A stretch of 64,000 nt of DNA from Vermamoeba vermiformis (taxonomy: Eukaryota). A program made the translations under genes and the position numbers. The stretch spans positions 558,001 through 622,000 of the forward strand of contig JBEWZL010000209.1 of assembly GCA_045837725.1 (NCBI GenBank), read 5' to 3'. How positions within the stretch are numbered: the first letter of the stretch is position 1; every line of letters begins with the position of its first letter. Below, piece by piece: positions 1-13,500 of the stretch. The notes under the pieces are model-generated. The model did no database searches, was not told where the DNA came from, and worked only from the letters and a program-made list of their open reading frames with translations.

Positions 1-120
1 ATATCTAATTTCGAGATATTATTATTGTACCATTACTTGTCGCTACAATGCTTATAAAAACATGTTTTTATAAAATAGTTGTACAAGAGTGGATCGACCA
101 CAAGAAATTCTTAAGGCCAC

Positions 121-1737
121 CTAGTTAGGTAACTTGAAGGCATAAAGACCAGCGAGAGCAGGGTTAGTGACAGGGACGCCATAGTAACCATATCCAGTAC
201 CAATGTAGATCGTGTCTTGAGAAACGGATGCGCCACCGTAGATGCCGTTGTTCAAAGTGGTCGTGTACAAGAGCTTGCCGTCAGACTTGCGCAGACCATA
301 GAGCGAGCCACCAGTAGAACCAACGACCACGAGCTCGTCCCAAACTGTTACGGGACCAAAAGCACCGCCGTTCGAGGAAACAAATTGCCAGTTTACGGCT
401 CCGGATGTTAAGTTGACGGAGGCCCAGAAAGGCAAATTCGAAAGAGAACCGTTGACGAGGGTGTATGATTTATACTGCGAGTTGAAGTTGGCAGTAAAGA
501 AGCTTTTGCCGTCAGATGCAGAGCCCCACATGCTTCCACCGACAATGCCTCCAGGACCAACTTGATTGGCCCAGATCTTTTGACCAGTTTCAGCATCAAA
601 AGCCCAGCTGATGCCAGATTTCTGCGAGACGAAGATCATATCGCGACTAGCACCGCCCAACGGATGCGCGACATCTCGAACCAAGATCGGAGCTTGAGCA
701 AAATCGGCGTCAGGACCAGGCTTGCCAGGGCAGTTAGCAGTGTTGGTGGGAGGGAAGCCAGGGTAACCGCAAGCAGCATTCCAAGCGTCAATAGGAGGAG
801 CAAAGTAAGACCAGCGAACAATGCCTGAATCCAAATCCAAAGCCAAGACGGAATTGGCGTGGTTTCCGTCTTCGTGGCAAGGCTCAGCGAAGATGTAGCT
901 GCGAATAGACTCGGTTTGGTTGATGCATTCGTTGATGCGGGCGGGAACTTGGTAGTTTTGGCTGGTACCAACATAAACTAATCTGCGATCGGTGTCGACG
1001 GCAGGCGAAGAGCCCCAAACAGCAGCACCAGAATAACCACCGACTTGATTGTTGTTGTCAGGCACGGTATATTGTTGCCATTGCTTAGCTCCAGTTTGCG
1101 CATCGAGTTTGACGACGCTGCCTCTGAAAGTGCAGCACGGGTAGCCTGGCTCAGCGGCAGCGGAGGTCTCGTGCGATGACACACCAAAGATAACACTATC
1201 TTCTACGACAGTAGGGCTTTGAGTGATGGTGGCGTTGAGATGCGCTTCCAAAAGGGTCTGCCAAACAAGATGACCGTCGTCCTTGTCCAAAGCGAAAGCA
1301 AATGCTCCACGACCAAGGCCAGGGAGAGGAGGAAATTGACTGCCAAAAATCAACAAGTCGTCGTAGATCACGGGGCTGTTTCTAGTCAAATAGTTTGGCA
1401 ATCCAAGAAGTTGAGGCACAGATGCGTTCCAGATTTGACGTCCGTTGCGATCAAGGCAGTAAATATTACCGCCAAAATCAGGGAAATAAATTCTGTTGCC
1501 GCGGACAGTAGGCGTGGCTGAAACTCCGACTTGAGCAGGGAAGAAAAATTGTTGCTCAAATTGCTTGACGGATGCACCATCGTTCAAGCCAGAGATATCT
1601 TGAGATTGATAGCGGTCGTTGAAAGGGTCCTTACCCCATCCATTCCAGTTCGGATCTTTCTTTGGTTTGTTGTTGCCAGCGAACGCGTTAGATGCAACGA
1701 GCAAAAACACAGCTAAAGCTACGAATTGTCTTTGCAT
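121..1737 (-). CDS. Secreted PQQ-binding beta-propeller protein, polyvinyl-alcohol-dehydrogenase-like family
   Basis: Intronless 538-aa ORF. It has a signal peptide, repeated PQQ-propeller motifs (ALDKDDGHLVW, KLDAQTGAKQW, ALDLDSGIVRW, AFDAETGQKIW), a vicinal-Cys motif YPCCTFRGS and GAAVWGSSP. Confidence 0.85.
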   Translation of the reverse strand: MQRQFVALAVFLLVASNAFAGNNKPKKDPNWNGWGKDPFNDRYQSQDISGLNDGASVKQFEQQFFFPAQVGVSATPTVRGNRIYFPDFGGNIYCLDRNGRQIWNASVPQLLGLPNYLTRNSPVIYDDLLIFGSQFPPLPGLGRGAFAFALDKDDGHLVWQTLLEAHLNATITQSPTVVEDSVIFGVSSHETSAAAEPGYPCCTFRGSVVKLDAQTGAKQWQQYTVPDNNNQVGGYSGAAVWGSSPAVDTDRRLVYVGTSQNYQVPARINECINQTESIRSYIFAEPCHEDGNHANSVLALDLDSGIVRWSYFAPPIDAWNAACGYPGFPPTNTANCPGKPGPDADFAQAPILVRDVAHPLGGASRDMIFVSQKSGISWAFDAETGQKIWANQVGPGGIVGGSMWGSASDGKSFFTANFNSQYKSYTLVNGSLSNLPFWASVNLTSGAVNWQFVSSNGGAFGPVTVWDELVVVGSTGGSLYGLRKSDGKLLYTTTLNNGIYGGASVSQDTIYIGTGYGYYGVPVTNPALAGLYAFKLPN

Positions 1738-3378
1738 GGCCTCGTCAAGTTGTTGATAAGCAGTTGTGGTGCACTACAAGGAGCTGAAAATAAGATTGAA
1801 TTGAGAATTAGTGCCGTATCACGTTCGTATTTATATCTTTTTCTTGATAAAATTTAAATTGACGTGTGTGCCCGTAACAAAAATAGAACCGACAGCGGAA
1901 TAACTATTGGAACGGTTTTAGGGTCTAGATCCTTTGTAGCTAGTCCTAATGCTAACGAACTTAACAATATCAAATTTGATTGCTACAATAAATCGATCGA
2001 TATACTCAATTTTTGCACATCAAGCATGTATTTCGTTAATATAGGCCCATATAATCCATTCGCAAGCTGTTGTAGAGTTAATTTGGTCCACTACGGCATG
2101 TTCCGGTTTTTCCGCTTTGACCGATGACAGGATCTCAAAGTAGCAAAAAGACATTTTATAGCCCGCGGAGTAACCGTTCGATAATCGATAGTAATTACGC
2201 CGCATAGTCATGCAAATGAATGATTAACAGCAAGCTAATGTGCATTGATTCATCGGCAAACTTCGAAACGGTTCACATCCGATACTCCGATTCGAGAGCT
2301 GACGGAGATTGACCAAACATATATATACATATGTTACTATATTAACTCAAGTCATATAGATAGATCTATGAGCCAGAAGCTTTGCATGTTTTCTTTCAAT
2401 TCATTTCAATGATTCACTTTAAATAAGCAGTGAAGAATTGCACGAAGTGCCGAAAATTAAAAGGATAGTGAATCATCTCTGCATATAAAGATCATATTAT
2501 GTGAACTGTAAATCAGGTTATAATCGACGGGTTCAAGTTTGTCACCAATCGTAGAAGCTTGAAATTACGACTCGGTTTAATTTCGAAATAAATTATTGTT
2601 CGCTCAGGCGAATAAAACAAATCTTGTCCTGAGATTGACACATCGGCCCGAGATCGGAACTCGCGCAAAAATTTTGTGCATTCGTTCGTACCGTAATTTG
2701 CATTAAAAATTATGGCGATAAACTTACCATGCCTGATATTGATTGAAATTTATGCTTTGTTTCATCGCCCTGACTTTCCCATCGAATTGTGCACGTGTGC
2801 AACAGAGGTACTGCAGAATATACTGGTAAATTAAATATTACGTTTTCTTTAATATTAATTAAGATAATTATAGAATTAAGTATTTATGAATCAAGGATAC
2901 TCATATCAATGCGCGAAATGCGGGCGCCAAATAATTAATTTTTTTAAAAATTCTGATTTAAGCTTCGTGCAGGCCAAAAATTTGAATACCAGCACAAGGC
3001 GATGATAATGTTTAAATGTTATCGAGCCAGCATTTAATTCGGATCAATTCTCGATGAGATTAGGTTGGAAAGAGATCAGCTCATTCTCACTTACGACAGT
3101 CCTTATAGCCATATCTTCTTGTCTTAAGCGTAAGTGCCATATTAATAACGTTCTTTTTAATTAACCTTCAGTTTTTTCAAGCGTAATGGATCCGAAGCTT
3201 TCGCAAGGCCGAGGGCAAGCAAAAATGGCGAAAGTTGTTATTGTAGGTAAGAAATATCTCTTGTTGTCTAAGATTATAAATTGTTCTTTACAAAATCCAA
3301 ACTCGCAACTTTCACAAAATACGGTTTTATTTGATTTTAGAGTATCGAGAGTTCTCTCTACGACTACATTGCACGATC

Positions 3379-5643
3379 TTAGGCTATGTTGACCTTCTCG
3401 ACGTAGAGCCTAATGTTGCAGGAAGTATCAACACCGCGTCCTGAACGGAAATACAACATTAATTTCTGTGAATTTTAATTGGTGGGATCTACTACTTACG
3501 CAAGCGCATGTAACCGCCTTCTCCCCACCAGCTACCCCAAGAGTTACGCACAATCCAGTAATCATGGCCAGTAGGTCCATCAGTACCGTAGCCAACAATG
3601 TTCACTGCGTGGTTAACAACGCCTTCGCAAGATCTGCCACCAGTCATTATGCCACCAGAGTAGCTGTAAAATCCGTATGGTACGTAGATTGCGACCGAAA
3701 GAACTCCTTCTTGGAGCTTGCTTATAATCGCAGCGTCGGTAGTCGGACTACCGTTGGATAATTTCGTGGATTCAGATCCGCGAACAACTCTTCCGATGCC
3801 TGAACTTGTTCTTCGGCAAGAACCCTTCGCATTTTGGTAAGGATAGTCAGAAGCATAAGCAACACCTCCGTTGCTGGCGGCAAACTGAAATGCTCCCAAC
3901 ATCCAGCCACCTAAATTTACTTTTTAGTACACGCTCGATTGAGTCTTTAAAATGTGATATAAAAATATACTTATTTATCAGCGAGAAAGGTTTTATAATT
4001 ATTATTGCATTACGTACCGTTGCAGGTATACTGTGAATCCGAGCAGTCGAGGAGTTGTTGAACAGACAATACAGGAGGGGGTGTCTGATACTTGATTGCG
4101 TAGTTGCTCTCGATTGAAGCAGCAGCACTATGAGCCCAGCAAGATCCGCAAGTTTGTTGATCTTTGATCGGACTCGAAAAGCCTTTGTCAGTCCAAGAGA
4201 ACTTGGAGCCAGTAGCAACAGGCGGAGATACAGGGGGAGATACAGGCACATCGGAGTCATAGCATTGCTGCACGATTTTGTAAACATTGTTGCGCCATCC
4301 GCCTCCGCACATCTGAGCGGGATTGCCCATACACGGCACATTGCAGTCAGATTCACTCGCCTGGCCGTAGTTACCAAATGAATTGCCACAGAAGCATTGC
4401 GAAGCGAATTGAACACCAGCCACGGTGTATCCTTGGCTCGAGCAGATCTGCACGCACATGTCAACTGTCATGTCAACCGAAAGTGTCACTGTGCCTGACA
4501 GATCACGATAGACATCATCGATGAAACATCCTTGATACTGAGGGACTTGAGTGCAAGTTGTGGTCTGGGCTTGAGCAGCTTGTATGCTGTAGATCGAGTT
4601 GCGATAATAACCACCGCATTGTTCGTAGGCATTACCGGCACAAGGAACGTAGCACTCGTAGTCTTGTACCTGGCCATATTGACCGTAAGAGTTGCCACAG
4701 AAGCATTGATTTCCGGCCTGAACTGCTGCGTACTTGAAGGCGTTGTTGCGGCAAGTTTGAACACAAAGTTCAACGGTCATTGCATAGTTGTAGAAATAAG
4801 CGCCCAAGAGGTCACGATAGTAGTAGTCAGCATAGCATCCCATGTACTGAGTAGATGGAGGTGCAGCGGAAAGACAAACGCCATTAGGACACTGTCACGA
4901 ACTTGGATCAGATCCGTTGCGTCTCACTGAGAATAAGTACGTACATCGGGGTTGCATGGAGGTCCGCATGTGACGGTCTTGCAGCCATCGGATACGCGAC
5001 CACAAGTAGCATTACCACATGGATTAAGTTGTGGGACACAAGTACTGTTGCTCGGTTGCAAGCCTCTGAAGTTACCACGAGGTGCCCAAGTGCAGTGCCA
5101 GTACTGACCAATCGTAGGACAGGTCACCATAGCACATCCTACTCGGTTACTAAGATGAAAAGTTGAACGTTAGTTGCGGACTTTAGATCTTCGAAGAAAT
5201 TTCCTTACGTTGACCACCAAACCATTTGAGTATAGTTCTTGGCTTTATAAGCATTGCCCAACTCACCAGCGTAGTTAACGTTTTCAGATTCCCAAGCCAA
5301 GAGCGCCTGAAGTTATTATAATTAACGTTTTATACTATCGCTTATTACGTACTTGTTCGTAAGTGAACTGCTTCTTATCTCCGGATACGATGAATGTTTG
5401 GCCACGGACACCGCGTAAAGATGGATCTAAGCCGACTTTGCACTGAGAGACCCAGTTCAAAGACTCTTGCTCCAACTTGTCGTCCCAAGTGATAGTCTTC
5501 ATATTAGCAGGTGGAGGAGTCACTCGAGCACGGATAGCGCCGATGTAATCTAAAATATTAGATTTATCGCTGGAGGCAATTTCGTTAGCTCCGCTGGCAA
5601 CCGTTACAAATAAAATTAGGCCTAAAAATAGTAGAGTACGCAT
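3379..5643 (-). CDS. Secreted multidomain protein: CAP/SCP domain + 2 WSC domains + papain-family (C1A) cysteine protease
   Basis: Spliced from ORFs 5335-5643, ~4924-5300, 4010-4843 and 3492-3902, plus a last exon ending TAA at 3379. CAP motifs: RARVTPPPANMKTITWDDKLE, GLCGQRYYTQMV. Two WSC repeats (GCY/F...MTVELC...C...YAAVQAGNQCFCG...C.G...CGG). Protease catalytic motifs: IKDQQTCGSCWAH, VNHAV, WIVRNSWG. Confidence 0.85.
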
Positions 5644-5839
5644 GTTGTCGCGTATAGTCGTTTTATAGATTAAGACCTTGAAAACAAGTTTAAACCTTTT
5701 CCTGCTCGCTGTATTGGCCGTAACAATTGAAAGTCCTCCCCGCAGTATTTACGGTTGAATTGCAATATTCTTGTTTTTTTCTTCCCGACCGTAACCAATT
5801 TAAGCCACTATTTTGCTATTCTAGGCACAATTCTATACG

Positions 5840-6458
5840 ATGAGAACCAACATTTGCATTATTTTACTGTCCCTCTTGAGCGTATCGCTCGCTTGGACGG
5901 ATCTCGAGTACCAAGAGGTCTTCGACACATTTAACGAGAACTATGGCTACTCATTCAAGTCTGGCGATGAATACAACAAAGCATTTGAGAATTTCAAAAC
6001 AAATCTCCAGGATTCTGCCTCGCTATCCACCGACGATGGTAATAAAAAATTAAATCCATGAAAAGGGACGCTTACTTATCTACTTTAATGAAATAGTCGA
6101 GCACGATATCACGCCCTACTCTTATATGACCCAAGCGGAGCAAATTGCAATGCTTACCGGTGCAGTTGCTCCCGCCGCTGCTGCAGCTGCCCTGACCGAA
6201 GGCGCCATTGCAGGCATTGTCGTTGGCTGCGTCGGTGCTGCAGGTCTCGCAGTCGGAGGTGTGTTCCTTGGATTGCATTTGAAGAAGAAGAAGGAAGAAG
6301 CCGAACAAAATGCCGGATCGAAACAGCAAACAACCACTGACAGTCCTGCTACTACCTCCAAAAAGCCCGTTCAAGGAGTTGATATCTATCCTAGCATCGA
6401 TGGTCGTCATCAATCCATCACTGCCCGAGCTCCTGCTATCAAGAAAACTCCCCAGTAA
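5840..6458 (+). CDS. Type I membrane protein with a cathepsin-propeptide (inhibitor I29)-like ectodomain
   Basis: Two exons with an intron at ~6039-6097. Signal peptide, then FDTFNENYGYSFKSGDEYNKAFENFKTN (ERFNIN-like) and HDITPYSYMTQAE (GNFD/FADMT-like), then a TM helix GAIAGIVVGCVGAAGLAVGGVFLGL followed by KKKK. Confidence 0.65.
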
Positions 6459-7063
6459 AGAACGGCAAAACGATGGGAAGTTTGAACCACAACAGGCTTG
6501 TTTAAAGTAGTAAATCTGCCCTTCATTTTGACTCACTTAATTTCTCGCATTGATTCCTATCCGTGTTTTAACTAAGTTGAGTTCTGAAAGTCTAGGATAG
6601 TTCGTTGTGCCGGCAACAAAAGTTCGAGTAACACTCTTAATTACGAACCTGATGCTATTTTTAACTTACTTGTGCAGCAAGTCCTTATTTGAATCGAACA
6701 GCGGCGGGCGAAGATGTGGATCTGATCCGATGGTTCACCGTTGGGCCTAGGAAGACATCATACTACTGAACGAATAGCGAGTACTCGACGTATCTTCACC
6801 ATTGCGTGGTAGTATTTTGAGCGGTTCCCGCGCGACCAATTTCAAATCATTCATGAAACAACGCCTCCTCGAATAAAGCATTTGACCGCGAATGATAGAC
6901 TTACCATGTTGTTCTTGGCTCCAGGCAAGAGGTTGAGTTGTACGACGATGTTGTCAGGATAAGGCAAGCTCGAAATCAGTATTCTACTAACAACAACAAA
7001 AGTTATTTTAAATATTATTGCATTTAAGGATAACGTTATTATACACTATTGATTGCTCGGCGC

Positions 7064-10000
7064 TTAATGGCTGCGCAAGAACTCTGATATGGTTTCCATC
7101 GACTAAAGATACAATGTTAGTTACTGAAATTGCATCACCAAATAGAACCACTTACAGGTCGATCATTTGGATTTGGTCTCCAACACATCTCCATCACTTC
7201 TTTCAGCACCGGATCGCAGTTCTCAGGAATCACTGGCGTCGCTGCCGAGTCACGAATGCGCACTGCAATCGAGAGCTGATCTTCCTCCATGTGCGGCTCT
7301 GTGCCTGCCACAATCTCGTACACTAATAATCGATAGAGTTAGCACTACTATATGAGATATCCTATTATATTACGTACGCAAAATTCCGTAACTCCACACG
7401 TCAGACTTTGTGCTGTACGATTTGTCTTTCAAACTCTCCGGAGCCTGTGAACGCGGTTACAAACGATGCATTAAGCCAAGTACTACGTACCATCCAACGA
7501 ATAGGGCCAAAGGACGCCTTTGTCTTGCCTTGTGAACTCTCTTCTTGAATGATGCGTGACATGCCAAAGTCAGAGATCTTGGGTTGACCATCGTTCGTGA
7601 GCTATAAAGAGCGGTTAGAAGTTGTCAACTTGAACGCTATTTTGACTCTTACCAAGATATTTCTCGCGGCCAAATCACGATGAACGATGTTATTGTTGTG
7701 CAAGTGCAACAGTCCGTACGCGATCTTCAACGCGTAATCACGTCTCTGTTCGTCAGTGACATGCTTCTCGCGATCAAAAACAATGTTGTCGAGACTGCCA
7801 CCACCGCAGAACTCGAGCACAATGCACGGATTGGGTCCATCGAGACTCACTCCGAATGTTTGAACGAGATTCGGATGAGGTGTTATTCCGCTGAGCAGAT
7901 GTTAGACCGGAACAAAGCGCAAAAATGCCGTGGCTTAAGACTTACAGTGTCAGTTTGGCTTCACCAAGGAATCCATCAATATCAGTAATGGTGTTGTTCA
8001 CTTTGATTGCCACTTGAGCACCTCGCCATTCACTGATCAGGTTCGTTAGTGACACGTGTCAAAAGATGTCAAAATATTGAACTCAGCTTACCCGACGAAT
8101 ACTTTGCCGTAGCTTCCTGCACCAATCTCTTTAATGAAGCGAAGACTCTTGTATGGAATTTGCATTCGTTTGTCAATCTCGCTTGGCTGAATGGCTGTTG
8201 GATTGAGTCCGTCGTCTTTCGCCGTGCTAACGATTGCCGAGTAGCGACCTGGATCTGCCGCAGGATTAATCACGGACATACTTGCGTCACCATCAAGAGC
8301 ATCGTCATCTTTCTTCTTGTCAGCTTTCTTCTTTTCTTTCGAAGGAAGAACACGAGCAAGAACACTCCCGCGGCAGCTGCTGCGATCGGAATGGCAATGG
8401 CAGGACCGAGTACTTTTGCATCAGCGCCAGTGGCGTTGGGATCACCAGGGCTTGAAGTGGGACTAGTGCCGATAGCGTCGCTCGGTGTGTTGCTACCAAC
8501 TGGACTCGTAACTGGCCCTGAAGCTGCAGGGGCACCTGCTTGCGGCGCACTTTGAGGTGTCGCTACAGGTCCCTGAGAACTTACTGGACCAGCACTTGGC
8601 ACCCATGCTGGAGAGGCTATCGGAGTACCCGAAGGAGTTGCAGTTGGAGTCGCGGAAGGAGTGAACATTGGGGTTGCAGAGGGCGTTGAGGATGGTACTC
8701 CCAACGGTGAAACAGTGAGGGGCGTACCTGCCTAAAAATATATTATACATTAGAGCGACCAATTCACCATTGCTTAATTCTGAGTCTTACGAGGCCTTGA
8801 TCGAACAAGTACGTCCTGAGCCAGAGACCAGTAGCGTTGTTGTGCACGACACTGAGCACGTTGTTCATAGCATCAGCCATGGCATAGCCGTACGCCAATT
8901 GCTCGCTTTGGGCGCGCAGAATTTCTGAGTTTGAAGCGTCTAGGACTACAATTTCATAAACGGATGCGTTAGTTTGCATCACGACTGCAGCGGCGTTTGC
9001 ATTGAGATAGGCCACTGAAGGGCGGGTAAGTGAGAGACTAGGCAAATCTGGTAGTAATTGAGTGTTGGTGCCTAGATTGGTTCTGCACGAGACCTGTTGA
9101 AGAGGTAAGATCGGATTCAGGCAGTTAATTTAGCCACTTACAGTCGATGCTGCTGTTTGCGTATCATAGCAAACAACCCATTGCGTTGCGCTCAAGGCGT
9201 CGCAAGCAACTTTATACCCAATATTTGGAGTGAAATCAACAGATGCGGATGCACCATCGAATCCGACCTCCACAGATGCAGATTTTCTTCCGACCGCATA
9301 CATTACGCTTGATGTGCCTTAGCAATAAATTTTAAGTAAGGATTCTATAGCTTACAAATTGCCGATGAAATTTAGTGCGTTGATTAAAGATTAGAAATTA
9401 ATTTAAATGTCAGGCCGAAACTTAAATAATAAATATAGCTTACTTATTACAGATCCGCACACAGAAGTAATTCCCGACATTGACAGTTGGTTGAATGTCG
9501 TTGTCAATGTTTGCGTATTGGCCTAAAAAAAATTAACCGATTAAATTGTTGCAACAAATTAAATTTCATCCCATATTGCATATACTTACGTTAAGCACAT
9601 ACGTTTGATTAGTAAACGAGGCATTGACCGTTAGAATGTTATAGCCCAGAGTCGGAATAGGAATCGTGGATGGAGGACCAATGGTGGCTTGAACTATTGC
9701 GTAGCTGCTGGTCGAACCCTATTAAATCAATTATTAATAACTTGAATATAAATGGCGAATTAAACTTACTGATTCTTGGTGCATCACGCTGTAAAAGCAT
9801 TTATCGGCGGATGAATCCATCGCTGAAATGTCCGTGGCACTCGTGTAACTTGATGGTAGCAGCGGAGTACTTTCACTCGTATCTAGCGGTATTGTCCCGG
9901 AGGTAGAGACGTCTCGTGTATAAAATTTTGGAACAGATCCGGTAGTGGCAACGGCTCCGACACAAAGTCGGTAATTGCCTCCAGACAATTGTATCATTTT

Positions 10001-10246
10001 CGTAGACATACTAAGGAAACTTGTCGTTGTATCTAGCTGCTTTTCAGCAACCAATGTCAAACTTGGTGCCGCATCTAGTAAAAAATAAATTAATTAGTTC
10101 TGTTATTATCGTTCATTTCTGAATAAAATAATAAGGAACAATTAAATATAAATATAGAAGGCTAACTTACTGGCACAAAGCATCAAGTTTAACAGATAAA
10201 ATACCGGGAGTGCAACGGTCGTCAAGCACGTGCCAGATCTTGCCAT
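7064..10246 (-). CDS. Receptor-type tyrosine-kinase-like (TKL) protein kinase
   Basis: Multi-exon gene. Signal peptide MARSGTCLTTVALPVFYLLNLMLCA, ectodomain, Pro/Ser/Thr-rich stalk, TM helix (IAIPIAAAAAGVFLLVFFL-RKK). Kinase motifs: IGAGSYGKV, VAIK, HRDLAARN, SDFG, GPIRWMAPE, SDVWSYG, CW...RP. Confidence 0.88.
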
Positions 10247-10799
10247 TACTGCTGTCTAACACGGAGATAATAGTCCTATAGACGTCGTGTCGACGAACAG
10301 CTGAAAAAAAATAAATTATAACGCGGTCCAAACCAAATTTAAATCTTTGAGCTTTTTCAACGAACAGTGAACGTTCGTCGAAACCTATTCCAAAAAAATA
10401 GACGGCCAAATAGACCCGAGGTCGATAAATGCGATTTTCATTCTTGCTTACCAGTATAATAGGGTATGTCGTGTTCCACTCATCTCCAAAAATTTTTTGA
10501 TGCGCACTTGTTAGATCTGCGTTTGACACGTGTCATCTCAGCGTGGTGCTATCCGCGTAATTGATTCTTTACAACCCTATACTTAATAAAATATCTTAAA
10601 TATGATACTATAGTAAGGTAGCTCATTAACGTCGTGTGAATCAATTTCAGAGAACCCGATCTTTGAAACTTGTTGGATGTGACAGGTAAATTATATAAAT
10701 TCACCTAATACATACGGTACCCAAGGATTATTGCTGTTCTGTGGTAAAAAATCAAAATTTATTAATGTGATAATTATTTTCAAAGAGCGATAGAGCTTA

Positions 10800-13500
10800 C
10801 TAGTCAAGCCCAAAAAGATCTTCGGCTACTTGTGCCTCTTCAATGTAGGACAGACAATCTTCTTTGGTCCGCAGCAGAGGAGGGCTTTCAGGGTCATACA
10901 GCAAACGACCGTTTAGTCTTTTAGAGCCATAAAAGCCAGCAGCAGCTGTCAGGACTTGAACTTGCTGCGAAGAGTATTCGAAAAATCGTCTGTGGTAAAG
11001 TCGGAACGAACGAAAAGCCTGTTCGAACATGGTCATTACCGCATAGACACAAATGAACAGGTCGTCGGAATCAAGTTGCTGAATAACGAGCGGCAAAAAG
11101 TCTGGCATGTCATTGCGCTTGAGCATCAATTTGAGAATGAATTCTTTTGGGTTGTGAATGACCTACAAACAATTTTCATGAATGAGGTTAACGTCACGTG
11201 ACACGATTTGCTTGACACTTGCAAAATTTGCTCGTTTGAAGCTAATCTCTTCTGATTCCATCAAGAACCGTCGTATATTGTGTTGAAGAGTTTTTTTGTC
11301 CAACACTTCTAATCGCGCTAAACAAGCAAACGCCGCGAAATCCAACGCTTACAATGAAATGTCACTTAATACATCTTTCTTTTACGCATCTTATGAACTT
11401 ACGTAAATCATTGGTGCCTCTATAAAGTTCAAATTCGTTATTCACAAATGTGACGAAGGAGGTCCAATCTTCGTCAAATCGTGGCCACAACAAACTGAGC
11501 GACACAAGCAGCGATGCCTTCACTTTCGAGTCAGTCTCAATTTCATAGCGTTCTCGCAGTTTTGGAACCAATTCGTGTGCTGATTTTGGTAGTAAGCCCA
11601 ACAGATGTGCTGCCCATCCTCGAACTAAAACTTGCTCGTTAGACCTCGGCATTTTACCTGCAAGAAATTACCTTCGTTTGTTTCGTTAGTTAATAGTCCA
11701 ATTATCTTAGGAAGGTCGGCCATAAATTTTTTTTCGATGTCCAGCAGGAGCTGCAAAAATTCCGGTTCGTGCATCCAAGCCGTTTCAAGATCCAGGCCTT
11801 GCTTATTGAGAAGATATTCAGCGCGACTCATCAACATTTCAGTGCATAATTGCAATATCTCGTGCTTGTCTTGCACCAACGTAGCGTCAAGGAGTTCGAG
11901 CAAGAACGGTACAACATACGGCGTCACTTCGTAGCAGTAGCCGTCGTAAGTAATTGCGTAACGCAGTTCCAAAAATGCTTTCCTGCGAGTTTTTGGCTTC
12001 CATGATGCCATTTCTCGCAGATAAATTGGTGTGCTTTCACGGGAGTAACTAAATGTTTCACCGTGCTCCAGCGCAGACCAGGGTACCAAATCAAGTCCAT
12101 CAAACCTTGGGAATCGCTTTAGATCCTCGATTTTTGTATCTGCGTAGCGATATTGTTAGTTAGCTATATTATTGATACTGAAACTGTTGTGCAGTGTTCG
12201 TACCTTGAATGAAGTGCACCATTGATTCACGCGTACTTGGCAAGCAGTACCGAGTGAGCACATTGCACACTGCTTCGTTTGTCCAGATATGATCAATAGT
12301 CGTTAATTCTGTCAGCATCGTAGTTGCCATATTAGGCAAATCGATGATTTTGATACCAGGGATGAGTGGTGACTCAAGCACGAAGAGCAATATCATTTCA
12401 ACTACGTTATGTGTCATTTTTGCACTCGTCAGTTGTTTGAGATTGGCCAGAGATAGCTCGAAAAATAGTTGTTGTTCGCGGCTGTCAAATTCTCTCGCGC
12501 AAGAAGCGACGGTTTTAGCAAGCTGAATGTCGATGAAATTATCCCTATTGCAAATTTAGCCATGAATTTCAGCTTATTTGGGTGTCGTTAAAACTTACGC
12601 TAATGTAGCCTCATATTCATCGCACCATTTCGTGTATTCCGCTAGCTCTCGAACTAGCTGATCCGACGGTACTTGCAAGAATCTGATTAATTCTTCGTGA
12701 AAGTACAGTGTTATAAACAGTTTGCATAGAAATGGAGCAGGTTTGGCTAACAATTGTACCATGATCTGCCCTAGCCGCAGAAAGGAATCAATTAGCGAGT
12801 ACTGCTTAGGATCGGGGAAAAAAGGCTTTCCAATCAGCACCAAGCAAGCCCTAATCATTGTTATTATGATATTTTTCGATGTAACATGACATACTGCGTA
12901 AGGTCATCGACGAGAGGCAATTGCGAGATAATCACATCCCTTATTGTTTCCGGATCTTTGCCTAGAAACGTTCGATCTTGCGGTCTCACTGCAAAATAAA
13001 TCGCTGCTGATCGGAAATATTCGACATTATCTATTATTTATTTATTAGCTAATTACTAATATATAATCTTGAAATTGATAATTACCACTAAATGTCTTGA
13101 AAAGAAAGGCCAACGGAACTTGTTTATCGAGCTTCCAAAACGCGCCTTCATGAAAACTCGGAATGTTTTTTGATATGACTATAGCGATATTAAGAAGACC
13201 TGAAACGCTAAGTTACTTTCAACCGGATCTGGGAGTACTTACCTCGAAACAAATAAAGCCTCTCTACCACTTCTTCCTGTTTAAGCAATATACAAATGTA
13301 TTTGCAAACTAGCAATTGTCAGTAAGAGCACTAGGTCAAATTGATAATACCGATCCCCCAGATGCTTCGCAGAACGAGCTGATCTCTCGGCCTAACTACT
13401 GCTTTTTTTTTTGTGAATTCGCGTTCTAATTTGTTAATTGCACATTTGACTCCCTCTGAAGTCTTCTCGGTGAATAGTAAAGCGAGATTTTTTTGGACTG
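10800..13500 (-). CDS. HEAT/ARM-like helical repeat protein, paralog 1 (5' end approximate)
   Basis: Chain of minus-strand exons. PWSALEH...YCYEVTPYVVPFLLEL and AAHLLGLL motifs. Colinear and homologous with the gene at 16758-19450. Confidence 0.6.

Noticed and set aside
6540-7000. Possible small minus-strand gene or snRNA (ACTTACC at ~6899; donor-like sites at ~6905 and ~6669)
   Set aside because: The motif is a reverse splice donor and not U1. I could not assemble a convincing ORF or RNA structure.
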